A DNA stretch of 60,029 nucleotides. Origin: Deltaproteobacteria bacterium. Its GTDB lineage: Bacteria > Desulfobacterota > Desulfarculia > Adiutricales > JAFDHD01. This document shows positions 17,547 through 27,126 of this stretch, one piece after another (the stretch's first letter is position 1; the number at the start of each line of letters is the position of its first letter). A program made the position numbers and the translations under genes. Below the pieces are notes generated by a model that saw only the letters and a list, made by a program, of their open reading frames with translations, was not told the origin of the DNA and did no database searches. The stretch covers positions 1 through 60,029 of the forward strand of contig JAFDLS010000001.1 in NCBI GenBank assembly GCA_019306365.1, given 5' to 3'.

Positions 17547-18509
17547 ATGAAGCAGACAATATATTTAATGGCGATAAGAGAAGCGCTGGATGAGGAACTT
17601 CAGCGGGATGATAAAGTGTTTATCCTGGGCGAAGACGTTCAGCAAGGCACCTTTGGAACAACCACCGGACTTGTCGACAAATTCGGCCCGGAAAGAATCA
17701 TGGATACTCCTCTGGCGGAAACAGCCGTCGCTGGAGCGGCAATTGGAGCGGCTCAGGCCGGATTCAGGCCCGTGGCGGACATGATGTTCGGTGATTTCAT
17801 GTATATCGCCGGTGATGAGATCATGCTCAAAGCGGCCAAATGGCGTTTTCTGCACGGCGGAAAAGTCAACGTACCCGTGGTGATCATGGCGGCCGTCGGC
17901 GGGGGCATGAAACTCGGCGCCGAACACTCAATGATTCCCGAGGCCATGATCATGCACACTCCGGGACTGAAACTGGCTGTTCCGTCCACACCATACGATG
18001 CCAAAGGCTTATTGAAAACGGCTATCAGGGATGATAACCCGGTGGTTTTTTTCTACCATAAAGGGTTGCTGGGCCTGCCGGGCGAAATCCCGGAGGATGA
18101 ATATTTGATACCCTTTGGCCAGGCTGACGTAAAACGGGAAGGATCAGACGTCACAGTGGTGGCGACTTCCGCCATGGTCCAACAGTCCCTGGCCGTGGCC
18201 GAGCAGATCAAAGACAAGGTCAGTGTTGAAATTGTGGACCCGAGAACGCTTGAACCTTTTGATCTCGACACCATCATTGAATCGGTTAAAAAAACGGGCC
18301 GGGTTGTCATTGTCGACGAGGACACCAAACGCTGTGGCATTACCGCTGAGATTGGGATGCAGATCATGGAAAACGGTTTTGACTATCTCGACGCGCCCAT
18401 TCAAAGAGTCGCTGCCGCTAATATGCCTATCGCGGCTGGATTCATGGAAGAGCATGTTCTTCCTCAACCCAAGAATATCGCCGGCGCCATAGAAGCGGTG
18501 ATGGCTTAA
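17547..18509 (+). CDS. E1 beta subunit (copy 1)
   Basis: 320 aa, typical transketolase-like pyrimidine-binding and C-terminal domains (GEDV..G..F..T.GL...FG..R..DTPL.E). Confidence 0.85.
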   Translation: MKQTIYLMAIREALDEELQRDDKVFILGEDVQQGTFGTTTGLVDKFGPERIMDTPLAETAVAGAAIGAAQAGFRPVADMMFGDFMYIAGDEIMLKAAKWRFLHGGKVNVPVVIMAAVGGGMKLGAEHSMIPEAMIMHTPGLKLAVPSTPYDAKGLLKTAIRDDNPVVFFYHKGLLGLPGEIPEDEYLIPFGQADVKREGSDVTVVATSAMVQQSLAVAEQIKDKVSVEIVDPRTLEPFDLDTIIESVKKTGRVVIVDEDTKRCGITAEIGMQIMENGFDYLDAPIQRVAAANMPIAAGFMEEHVLPQPKNIAGAIEAVMA

Positions 18510-18567
18510 GAAGAAATCCGATTTTAACATTAAGTTATAAGATAACCTGAAAAAAGAGGAGGCAGAC

Positions 18568-19542
18568 GTGGAGCTGACACAGGATCAACTGATAAAACTA
18601 TATACGCTTATGGTTCGCACCCGAAAGTGTGACGAACTTATTGTGAACGCGCTCAAGTCAGGAAAGGCCATAGGTTTTTTTCACAGCGGCCAAGGTTCCG
18701 AAGCCGTGCCAATCGGCGCTTGCACCTTTAACCTAAGAGATGATGATTACCTGTATCCTCACCATCGCGGCCACGGGATAGGGTATATGCTTGCCCGGGG
18801 ATTGTCTCCAAAGCCCTTTGTAGCCAGCCATATGGGCAGAGTAGCTCAAGATGTCGAGGGCCCGACGGCGCGGGAAAGAGGAATACATGGCGGCAGCGGC
18901 ACAATCGGCGCCTCGTTTGTTCTCTCAGCGGGCATGGGCATCACCGCAAAAAAGAATGGAAAAAACCAGATAACGGCCTGCTTTTTTGGGGACGGATCGG
19001 CCAATCGAGGAACACTGCACGAAGCCATGAATCTGGCCTCTGTCTGGAAGCTGCCCATTGTGTGGGTTTGCGAGAATAATCTATACGCACAATATATGCC
19101 TTTGAAGGATTCGATGGCGCGGGAGGACATTGCCGACCTGGCCTCAGGATATAACATGCCTGGCGTTATTGTGGACGGCCAGGACGTGTTAGCCGTTCAT
19201 GAGGCGGTTAAAGCAGCGGTGGACAGGGCGAGAGCCGGTGAGGGACCGTCTCTGGTGGAGTGTAAAACTTATCGCTACCGGGGTCATTCGGAGGGAGGCC
19301 CTGACATCTCTCACTATGAGCCGCGCCCGGCCAAGGAACTGGAAGAGTGGAAAAAGAGAGATCCCATAAAACTCTTCAGAGAGAATCTTCTGCAGCAAGG
19401 TGTTCTCACCGATGCGGATGTGGAAAGAATTGACAAGGAGATCGAGGCGGAAGCCGAAACACTGGAAAAATACGCGGATGAATGTCCAATACCCAAACCT
19501 GAAGACCCGTCGGTCCTGGACAGACTTCTTTACGCAGAATAG
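18568..19542 (+). CDS. E1 alpha subunit (copy 2, paralog)
   Basis: 324 aa with a GTG start after AGAGGAGG. It is collinear with copy 1, and roughly half the residues are identical by eye. The same TPP motif is present. Confidence 0.85.
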   Translation: MELTQDQLIKLYTLMVRTRKCDELIVNALKSGKAIGFFHSGQGSEAVPIGACTFNLRDDDYLYPHHRGHGIGYMLARGLSPKPFVASHMGRVAQDVEGPTARERGIHGGSGTIGASFVLSAGMGITAKKNGKNQITACFFGDGSANRGTLHEAMNLASVWKLPIVWVCENNLYAQYMPLKDSMAREDIADLASGYNMPGVIVDGQDVLAVHEAVKAAVDRARAGEGPSLVECKTYRYRGHSEGGPDISHYEPRPAKELEEWKKRDPIKLFRENLLQQGVLTDADVERIDKEIEAEAETLEKYADECPIPKPEDPSVLDRLLYAE

Positions 19543-19558
19543 CCAAGGAGGTTCACAA

Positions 19559-20521
19559 ATGAAAGAAATACGTTTTGTACAAGCGATAAATGAAGCGCTG
19601 GAAGAGGAGCTGAGCCGGGATGAAAAAGTGTATATCATCGGCGAGGACGTGCAGGCTGGCACCTTTGGCGTTTCCACCGGCCTGGTTCATAAATTCGGTC
19701 CGGAAAGAATAATGGACACACCGCTTTCCGAAACGGTGATCGCCGGAGCCGCTGTAGGTTCGGCCATGACCGGCTATCGTCCGGTGGCTGAATTCATGTT
19801 TGCCGATTTCATGTATGTGGCCGGTGATGAGATTTTCGCCAAAGCGGCCAAATGGCGTTTCATTCATGGAGGAACCGTGGAATTGCCGCTGGTTTTTATG
19901 GCCTCCATGGGGGGGTATGCCAAGCTCGGGGCTGAACATTCCCAGTCCCCGGAATCCATGTTCATGCATACCCCGGGTCTGAAGCTCGTCGTCCCGTCCA
20001 CGCCATACGACGCGAAGGGCTTGATGAAATCGGCTATTCGCGACAACAATCCGGTAGTCTACCTCTTCCACAAAAGGCTGTTGGGACTAAAGGGCGAAAT
20101 CCCGGAGGAAGAATATGTTGTTCCCCTGGGTCAGGCGGATATAAAGCGGGAAGGCACGGATGTAACGGTTGTGGCGACGGGCATGATGGTGCAGTTCGCC
20201 CTGAAAGTGGCGGAAGAACTGAAAGAGAAGGTCAGTGTGGAGGTCATCGACCCACGGACCCTGGAACCGCTTGATATAGATACCATTATAGAATCGGTAA
20301 AAAAGACGGGCCGGGCAATCGTTGTGGACGAGGATACCAAGCGGTGCGGTGTCGCTTCGGAGATCATGGCGCAAATCATGGAGCTTGCCTTTGATTACCT
20401 CGACGCTCCCATTCAAAGGATAGCCGCGGCTAATTATCCGATTCCGGGCGGCTTTATGGAGGATTACGTGCTTCCACAAACCAAGGATATCAAGGCGGCG
20501 ATTGAAGCTATCGCGGACTGA
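19559..20521 (+). CDS. E1 beta subunit (copy 2, paralog)
   Basis: MKEIRFVQAINEAL starts at the ATG at 19559, after AAGGAGG. The tracked start at 19400 would overlap the alpha gene. 320 aa, collinear with beta copy 1. Confidence 0.85.
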   Translation: MKEIRFVQAINEALEEELSRDEKVYIIGEDVQAGTFGVSTGLVHKFGPERIMDTPLSETVIAGAAVGSAMTGYRPVAEFMFADFMYVAGDEIFAKAAKWRFIHGGTVELPLVFMASMGGYAKLGAEHSQSPESMFMHTPGLKLVVPSTPYDAKGLMKSAIRDNNPVVYLFHKRLLGLKGEIPEEEYVVPLGQADIKREGTDVTVVATGMMVQFALKVAEELKEKVSVEVIDPRTLEPLDIDTIIESVKKTGRAIVVDEDTKRCGVASEIMAQIMELAFDYLDAPIQRIAAANYPIPGGFMEDYVLPQTKDIKAAIEAIAD

Positions 20522-20621
20522 ACCCTATAACTTACTTAAGTACTGGTTGGTTCTGAGTTTCATGACTCATATAATGGTATCTGGCAACCGCGCCGTTCGA
20601 GTGTGAAGCTCACCAAAAAAA

Positions 20622-21893
20622 ATGGAGGAAAAATTGGCAGAAAGCATACACATTCCTAAACTTGGTATGAGCATGAAGGAAGCAACGTTGGTCGAGTGGA
20701 AGTTCAATGAAGGAGACCAAATCGAAAAGGGTGACGTAGTTTTGGTAATTGAAACTGAAAAGACCAAATGGGAGGTCGAAGCTCCCGCCTCCGGCTTGCT
20801 GCATATAGCGGTAGAAATAAACGTCACCGAAAAGGTAGGCGCTGTGGTGGGGATGATCGCCGGCTCCAAGGAAGAGCTGGAAACCATCCAGAAAGATTCC
20901 GGCGCGCCGGCCGTCGCCGTTGCTGAGCCCGCGGCGGCCTCTGCGTCCGCCCCCACGAAAGCCTCGGCCGAAAAAGCTGGTAAGGGTGAACGGATACGTA
21001 TTACCCCTGTGGCGCGAAGATTGGCTGAAGAGAACATGATTGACCTGACCTCTGTAACTGGCAGCGGCCCGGGAGGCAGAATAATCAAGGAAGATATCGA
21101 ACGGGCCATTGAGGCCAAAAAAGCCGCGCCGGAAGCTGCGCCCGCGGAAACGGCGGAAGCCGAAGAATATGACGGCAAGAAAATAAAGGGAAGAATTCCT
21201 CTCAGGGGAATGCGGAAGGCTATCGCCAGCCACATGCACGCCAGCCTGGCTACAGCCGCTCAGCTCACTTCCATGGGCGAACTGGAAATGACCGAGCTGA
21301 AGAAACTCAGGGAGGACCTCCTCAAACAGGAAGAGGCGCTTGGCACCAGGGTTACATACACGGACATTTATGTGCTCGCTATTGCCAAAACCCTCAAACA
21401 GCTGCCCATGGTCAACGCCAGTCTGATTGAAGACGAGGTTATTCTCTGGGACGACATCAACGTCGGGGTGGCCGTGGCCCTGGAAGGAGCTGATGACCTG
21501 GGTGGCGGATTGATTGTGCCCGTGGTTAAAAACGCGGATCGCAAGTCATTGGCGGAAATCAGCAAGGAACTCAAAGGAATAATAAGTAAAGCCAGGGAAG
21601 GCAAACTGATGCCTGACGATGTCTCCGGCGGCACATTTACCCTGACCAATCTTGGAGGGCCGGGAGGCGGCTGGGGATTTGGCACCCCCATTATCAATCA
21701 GCCTCAGTCGGCCATTCTGGGAACCGGGTCCATTGTTGACAGGCCGGTAGTAAAGGACGGTAAGATAGTTATCAGGCCTATGATGCCTTATAGTTTCACC
21801 TTTGATCATCGGGTGATTGACGGTGTTCCGGCTGGCATGTTCATGAGCAGGCTGGCGCAGCTCCTGTCAAACCCGCTGCTCTTGCTGAGTTGA
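20622..21893 (+). CDS. dihydrolipoamide acyltransferase (E2) with a single lipoyl domain
   Basis: 423 aa. It has a lipoyl domain (IETEKTKWEVEAP), an Ala/Pro linker, a subunit-binding domain (ITPVARRLAEE) and a catalytic domain with DHRVIDG. Confidence 0.9.
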   Translation: MEEKLAESIHIPKLGMSMKEATLVEWKFNEGDQIEKGDVVLVIETEKTKWEVEAPASGLLHIAVEINVTEKVGAVVGMIAGSKEELETIQKDSGAPAVAVAEPAAASASAPTKASAEKAGKGERIRITPVARRLAEENMIDLTSVTGSGPGGRIIKEDIERAIEAKKAAPEAAPAETAEAEEYDGKKIKGRIPLRGMRKAIASHMHASLATAAQLTSMGELEMTELKKLREDLLKQEEALGTRVTYTDIYVLAIAKTLKQLPMVNASLIEDEVILWDDINVGVAVALEGADDLGGGLIVPVVKNADRKSLAEISKELKGIISKAREGKLMPDDVSGGTFTLTNLGGPGGGWGFGTPIINQPQSAILGTGSIVDRPVVKDGKIVIRPMMPYSFTFDHRVIDGVPAGMFMSRLAQLLSNPLLLLS

Positions 21894-21909
21894 ATTATCT
21901 TGACTTAAG

Positions 21910-22584
21910 ATGCCTGTTCTAAAAGTCTACAAAATGGGCCTGGCCGATTATGGTCGGGCCTATAAATTTCAGGAAGAACTCCTTCTACAAAGAATTGGAA
22001 GGGAAATTCCGGATTCCCTCCTCTTGCTGGAGCATCCCCCTACGCTTACCATTGGCAAGGAGGGCGATCTCGAAAACCTGCTTGTTTCAGGAAACGAACT
22101 TAAAAAAAGAGGTATAGCCCTTTTCCCGGTGGACAGGGGAGGAAGCATTACCTGGCACGGTCCGGGTCAGCTGGTAGGGTATCCGATCCTTGATCTGAGG
22201 GAAAGAGACCGGGACATTCGTAAGTTTATTGACGCGCTGGAAGAAGTGATTATCAGGACCCTGGCCGATCTGTCCATCCAATCAACCCGGGATGATGAAC
22301 ACGTCGGCGTATGGGTGGGGCAGGAAAAAATCGCCGCTATTGGCGTTAGAATAAATAGGTGGGTGACCAAACACGGCTTTGCCTTAAATGTTAATAATGA
22401 TCTTTCGCATTTTTCTCTGATCAACCCTTGCGGAATAACAGACAGGGGCGTAACCTCAATAGTCAAACTTCTGGGTCGTGACGTGTCCATGGAAACCGTG
22501 ACCGAAAAATTACTGATAAACTTCTCAGATGTTTTTGAATATGAGTTGGACATAGCTGCCAGGTCAACTGACGACCTCTTGTAA
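21910..22584 (+). CDS. lipB: octanoyltransferase LipB
   Basis: 224 aa with the motifs RGG.ITWHGPGQLVGYPI and ...KHG.ALNV...PCG. Confidence 0.85.
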   Translation: MPVLKVYKMGLADYGRAYKFQEELLLQRIGREIPDSLLLLEHPPTLTIGKEGDLENLLVSGNELKKRGIALFPVDRGGSITWHGPGQLVGYPILDLRERDRDIRKFIDALEEVIIRTLADLSIQSTRDDEHVGVWVGQEKIAAIGVRINRWVTKHGFALNVNNDLSHFSLINPCGITDRGVTSIVKLLGRDVSMETVTEKLLINFSDVFEYELDIAARSTDDLL

Positions 22585-22597
22585 AGATCAAAAAAAA

Positions 22598-23857
22598 ATG
22601 AAAAAAACGACGATTTATTATGGCTGGTGGATCGTTCTGGCCTCTTCTTTGACCGGCTTTTATGTCGCAGGCACTATTTTTTATGGTTTTACCGCGTTTG
22701 TAGATCCACTGGTTATGGAATTCGGGTGGAGCTACACCCAGATATCGTTCGCCTCTTCTCTGCGCGGCCTTGAAATGGGCATTTTCGCCCCTATTGTAGG
22801 GATTTTCGTAGACCGGCTCGGATCAAGAATCATGATCCGTCTGGGGATGATAGTAATGGGGGCCAGCCTTATCCTGCTTGCCTTCACGCACTCTCTGGTC
22901 ATGTTTTATGCCGCGTTTCTCCTGCTGGCGCTGGGCGCGGGCGGATGCACCAGTGTGGTCGTTATGGCTGTGGTGGCCAACTGGTTCGATAAAAAAGTGG
23001 GACTCGCCATGGGGATCGCTATTTGCGGCTTTGGAGCCGCAGGTCTGCTCGTCCCCATCGTGGTTAAACTCATCGAGCTTTTTCAATGGCGAACCACCTA
23101 CATCATTCTGGGGATTGGAGCCTGGGGAATTGGGATCCCCATGTCATTCATCATTCGTAACAAACCCGAAGACTACGGTTACCTGCCTGACGGTGAACCA
23201 CTGCCTGAGGTGCAATCAGAAACAGACGCTTCTGCTCAAGAAGAGGACATCAGCTTTCGGAAGGCGCTTAAAAATAGATTTTTTTTAAGCTTACTCTCGA
23301 TTGAAGCCATCAGGATGTTAATTGTAGGCACCCTGGTCATACACGTAATGCCCTACCTGAACAGCCTGGGCATCCCGAGATCAACCGCTGGTCTTGTCGC
23401 GGCCGGTATCCCAATATGCAGCATGATTGGCCGATTCGGTTTCGGATGGCTTGGCGATATCCTTGACAAAAGATACATTTTATCCATGACTTTTATTTTA
23501 ACCAGCGCGGGGCTTTTTATTTTTTCCTATCTAGACCGTTACTGGCTTATTCCCGTCTTCCTTCTTCTATTTGGCCCGGGATACGGGGGCGGCATGACAA
23601 TGCGCGGGTCGATTCTGCGGGAATATTTTGGCCGTGTCTCTTTTGGTAAATTAATTGGATTAACCATGGGCATCGCTTCTATCGCCGGGATCATAGGACC
23701 AACCCTGGGAGGCTGGGTCTTTGATACCTTTGGAAGCTATCATTACCTCTGGATTTCTTTCGCCTGCCTGAGCATGGTCGGAATTATAATAGTCTTGAGA
23801 CTGCCCTCCACTCGCCACCGGACCAGGAACTCGCCCTCCCTCCGGACTCTCAGATGA
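22598..23857 (+). CDS. MFS transporter
   Basis: 419 aa with about 12 predicted hydrophobic helices and a central loop. The layout resembles the oxalate/formate antiporter family. Confidence 0.75.
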   Translation: MKKTTIYYGWWIVLASSLTGFYVAGTIFYGFTAFVDPLVMEFGWSYTQISFASSLRGLEMGIFAPIVGIFVDRLGSRIMIRLGMIVMGASLILLAFTHSLVMFYAAFLLLALGAGGCTSVVVMAVVANWFDKKVGLAMGIAICGFGAAGLLVPIVVKLIELFQWRTTYIILGIGAWGIGIPMSFIIRNKPEDYGYLPDGEPLPEVQSETDASAQEEDISFRKALKNRFFLSLLSIEAIRMLIVGTLVIHVMPYLNSLGIPRSTAGLVAAGIPICSMIGRFGFGWLGDILDKRYILSMTFILTSAGLFIFSYLDRYWLIPVFLLLFGPGYGGGMTMRGSILREYFGRVSFGKLIGLTMGIASIAGIIGPTLGGWVFDTFGSYHYLWISFACLSMVGIIIVLRLPSTRHRTRNSPSLRTLR

Positions 23858-23890
23858 AAGCGGATAAATCTTAGGAGGTAAGCGGTTAAA

Positions 23891-25054
23891 ATGGCACAGC
23901 CTATCTATCTTGATTACAATGGCACAACCCCTCTCGATCCGCGTGTAAAAGAGGCTATGCGGCCCTTTTGGGACGATGAATTCGGAAATCCCTCCAGCAC
24001 CCACTGGTATGGGATAAAGCCCAAACAGGCTGTGGCCAGGGCGAGAAAACAGGTTGCCTCTCTTCTTAATTGCCACCCCGGCGAATTCATTTTTACCAGC
24101 GGCGGCACTGAATCAAACAATCATGTTTTAAAAGGCGCCGCTTTTGCCCGGCCAAGCCAGCGGACTCATATAATAACCTCTCAAATTGAACACCCCGCCA
24201 TCTTAGAAGTTTGCGCGTATCTTGATAAGTTTGGTGTGGAAACAACCTTCATACCCGTGGATGCACAAGGTTTGGTAAACATTTCGGACATAAAGAAGGC
24301 CGTCAAACCGGAGACCGCTTTGATCTCGATCATGCATGCCAACAATGAAGTGGGAACCATACAGCCGATTGAAGAAATATCTGCTCTGGCAAAAGAAAAT
24401 GGAATCATCATGCATACCGACGCGGCTCAATCCGTTGGTAAAATCTCTGTCGATGTCGCAAAATTGGGTGTGGATCTGCTTTCTCTCGCCGGACATAAGG
24501 TTTACGCTCCCAAGGGGATTGGCGCGCTTTTTATTAGAAATGGCGTGGTGTTGGATAAATTCATGCATGGAGCCGGGCAGGAAAGGGGCTTCAGGGCGGG
24601 CACGGAAAACGTCATGCAAATTGTGGGACTTGGAGAGGCATGTGAAATCGCCAAAAAGGACATGGAAAAGAACAAGTCCCATATGCAAAAAATGAAAGAC
24701 CTGCTTTACGAGGGGTTAAAAAGAGAACTGACGCAGATCAGATATAACGGTCATCCTGAAAAATGCCTGCCCAATACCCTCAACTTATCCTTTTTCAATC
24801 TGGAGGCTGACAGGATACTTGAAGAAATTGGACTGGAGGTAGCGGCTTCAGCCGGCGCGGCCTGTCATTCCGATTCAATTGAAATATCCCATGTGCTCAA
24901 AGCTATGGGCGTGTCCCTGGACTGGGCCAAGGGAACAATAAGGTTTTCAACCGGGAAAATGACAACTGAAACTGAAATTCACAGGGCTGTCGAAGTTGTC
25001 TCTACGGCCGTGAAAAGGTTAAGAAATGTCGACCAGGTCCATAACCTTCCTTAA
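23891..25054 (+). CDS. cysteine desulfurase family protein (NifS/IscS-like)
   Basis: 387 aa. It has IYLDYNGTTP, the PLP-lysine context SLAGHKVYAPKGIGAL, and an active-site Cys region SAGAACHS. Confidence 0.85.
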   Translation: MAQPIYLDYNGTTPLDPRVKEAMRPFWDDEFGNPSSTHWYGIKPKQAVARARKQVASLLNCHPGEFIFTSGGTESNNHVLKGAAFARPSQRTHIITSQIEHPAILEVCAYLDKFGVETTFIPVDAQGLVNISDIKKAVKPETALISIMHANNEVGTIQPIEEISALAKENGIIMHTDAAQSVGKISVDVAKLGVDLLSLAGHKVYAPKGIGALFIRNGVVLDKFMHGAGQERGFRAGTENVMQIVGLGEACEIAKKDMEKNKSHMQKMKDLLYEGLKRELTQIRYNGHPEKCLPNTLNLSFFNLEADRILEEIGLEVAASAGAACHSDSIEISHVLKAMGVSLDWAKGTIRFSTGKMTTETEIHRAVEVVSTAVKRLRNVDQVHNLP

Positions 25055-25409
25055 TAATAAAAATATTGATTTTAAAGTTAAAAAATACAAACATAAGGAG
25101 AGAGGCGCCGTATATGCTTCTCAGGCCATAGAATTTCCCCTCGAAAGAACGATAAAAACCCTGGTTGTTGATATGGGTTCTAAGGGGTTCGTCATGGTTC
25201 TTATGCCAGGCGATAAAAAACTGGACCTGACTCGCCTGGCGAAAAAAATTTCAGTCAAGAAAGCGGCTATGGCCGACACATCTACGGCCCAGCGTTTGAC
25301 CGGATACATGATTGGCGGTATTAACCCGTTCGGGACGAAAAAAAAGTTGCCCGTCGTACTAGAAAAAAGCATATTAAATTATGATGAGATCGCCATCAAC
25401 GCGGGTTAA
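25026..25409 (+). CDS. YbaK/EbsC-type aminoacyl-tRNA deacylase, interrupted by an in-frame TAA (homology continues to 25487)
   Basis: The 127 aa ORF ends INAG-TAA. The same frame continues RGVMLIIRPEDILRAIDCSVLELVR-TAA, which looks like the normal C-terminus of this ~155 aa family. Confidence 0.6.
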   Translation: MSTRSITFLNNKNIDFKVKKYKHKERGAVYASQAIEFPLERTIKTLVVDMGSKGFVMVLMPGDKKLDLTRLAKKISVKKAAMADTSTAQRLTGYMIGGINPFGTKKKLPVVLEKSILNYDEIAINAG

Positions 25410-25556
25410 AGAGGAGTAATGCTGATTATTCGTCCTGAAGATATTTTGCGGGCGATAGATTGCAGCGTGTTGGAGTTGGTACGATAACATACTCGAAGCT
25501 ATTGAGTATATTGAAATCATAAAAAACTGAGCTGGCATACCGGAAATGAGGAAAAA

Positions 25557-26030
25557 ATGAATGATAGGCTAAATAATGACACAAGCGGCAGCGAGGAGGT
25601 GCTTTTAAGGGCAAGACCCGTGTGGCGAAGTTTTTTCGTTTTTTTTCTTGGCATCGCCATCTGCGTGGGGGGGCCGTTATTGAAGGAAGACTCTCCCTTG
25701 AACCCGGCCATCGGCTTCGTGCTGGCCGCCATATTCCTGCTGCTCATTATCAGACGCTGGTCAAATGTATATACTCTGACTAACCGTCGATTGAGTATTA
25801 AAGGAGAACCTTTCTTTCGGCATACATCTGAAATATATCTGGAAGATATAGATGGGATAGACGTAAATCAGGGATTGACCCTCAGAATAATGGGCGTGGG
25901 CCACCTTTTGATCAGTTCCAGGAAATCAGACCAGGCGAATATGCTTTTATACGGCATGCCCGATCCCATGAATTTTAAAAAACGCCTGGAAAAGTTAGTA
26001 ACTGAAAACAGAGATAAAACCAGTTTTTGA
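25557..26030 (+). CDS. PH-domain (bPH_2/YdbS-like) membrane protein
   Basis: 157 aa with two N-terminal TM helices followed by a YTLTNRRL... bacterial PH-like region. Confidence 0.55.
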   Translation: MNDRLNNDTSGSEEVLLRARPVWRSFFVFFLGIAICVGGPLLKEDSPLNPAIGFVLAAIFLLLIIRRWSNVYTLTNRRLSIKGEPFFRHTSEIYLEDIDGIDVNQGLTLRIMGVGHLLISSRKSDQANMLLYGMPDPMNFKKRLEKLVTENRDKTSF

Positions 26031-26172
26031 GGATAAAGCGCCTCCTTTAACTTGACTTCAGCTCACCTTGACACACCCGGATCTTTGGACTATTCTTGAT
26101 ATTCATAGGTAGGCGGGCCGCTGGGAGCTGGTGAGCCCTTTTTTTAATTTTCGGAGGTCGTGCATAGGGAAT

Positions 26173-27111
26173 ATGCCCAATAATGAAGATTATTATGAGA
26201 TCTTGGGAATTAGCCGTCAGGCTTCCCCGGATGAGACCAAAAAGGCCTATCGTCGTTTGGCGATAAAATACCATCCCGATAAAAACAAGGATGACAGGGC
26301 CGCTGAAGAAAAATTTAAACAAATAAGTGAAGCTTACGCCGTCCTGAGTGATCCGGAAAAAAAACAAAATTACGACATGTTTGGGCACGCTGGTTTCCAA
26401 CAGCAATATTCACAGGAAGACATATTCAGAAACTTCAATGTCGGGGATATGTTCCGAGAGTTCGGATTTGGAAACGACGACGTCTTTTCACGTATTTTTG
26501 CCGGCGGCAGAGGTCCCAGACGAGGCTATCGGGGATCGGCAAATAATATGGAAGACCTTTTTGGAGGTTACGGCCGCCAAGCTTCATTAAAAGGACAGGA
26601 CGTTGCCCTGGAACTGCATATACCGCTGGCCGAGTCCATTTTCGGCGGCGAGCGTCTGGTTGCCTACAATACGCCGGACGGGGTCTCCAAGATGTCTGTT
26701 AAAATCCCGGCAGGTGTTGTAACGGGCAAGAAACTGCGTCTATCCGGAAAGGGTCATGTTAGTCCGCATGGCGGACCTCAAGGGGACCTGTACGTCACCA
26801 TTATCGTAGATCCTCATCCTGAATTTCGACGCGAGGGAGAAAACCTGGTCCGGGACGTGAAGATCCTGCCTTCTGAGGCCATGCTTGGCACAACTATCCA
26901 GATCAATACCCTGGATGACAAAACTTTGAATCTCAAAGTGCCTCCAGGAACCCAGAGTCATACCCGGCTTCGGGTTAAAAAACATGGCGGAACCCGCTTG
27001 AAGGGCGGGGGCAGGGGCGACCTTTTTATTCGTTTGCTTGTTAATTACCCTCAAGAGCTTTCTAAACGGCAGAAAGAACTTATACGGGAATTGGCCAAAG
27101 AGGGATTATAA
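26173..27111 (+). CDS. J-domain protein of the CbpA/DnaJ class (no zinc-finger domain)
   Basis: [33 protein letters not shown] is a J domain, followed by a G/F-rich region and DnaJ C-terminal domains. The ATG at 26173 is preferred over the tracked GTG at 26131. Confidence 0.8.
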   Translation: MPNNEDYYEILGISRQASPDETKKAYRRLAIKYHPDKNKDDRAAEEKFKQISEAYAVLSDPEKKQNYDMFGHAGFQQQYSQEDIFRNFNVGDMFREFGFGNDDVFSRIFAGGRGPRRGYRGSANNMEDLFGGYGRQASLKGQDVALELHIPLAESIFGGERLVAYNTPDGVSKMSVKIPAGVVTGKKLRLSGKGHVSPHGGPQGDLYVTIIVDPHPEFRREGENLVRDVKILPSEAMLGTTIQINTLDDKTLNLKVPPGTQSHTRLRVKKHGGTRLKGGGRGDLFIRLLVNYPQELSKRQKELIRELAKEGL

Positions 27112-27126
27112 AGAGGTTCAAATACC

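Noticed and set aside
19400-19558. N-terminal extension of the second E1 beta ORF
   Set aside because: It overlaps the end of the alpha gene in another frame. Homology to beta copy 1 begins at MKEIRF, which has its own AAGGAGG RBS.
26040-26172. Possible attenuator or RNA thermometer upstream of the J-domain gene (GCTCACC ... GGTGAGCCCTTTTTTT)
   Set aside because: Only a 7 bp pairing about 70 nt apart could be drawn, and there was no convincing alternative structure. It is not supportable by eye.
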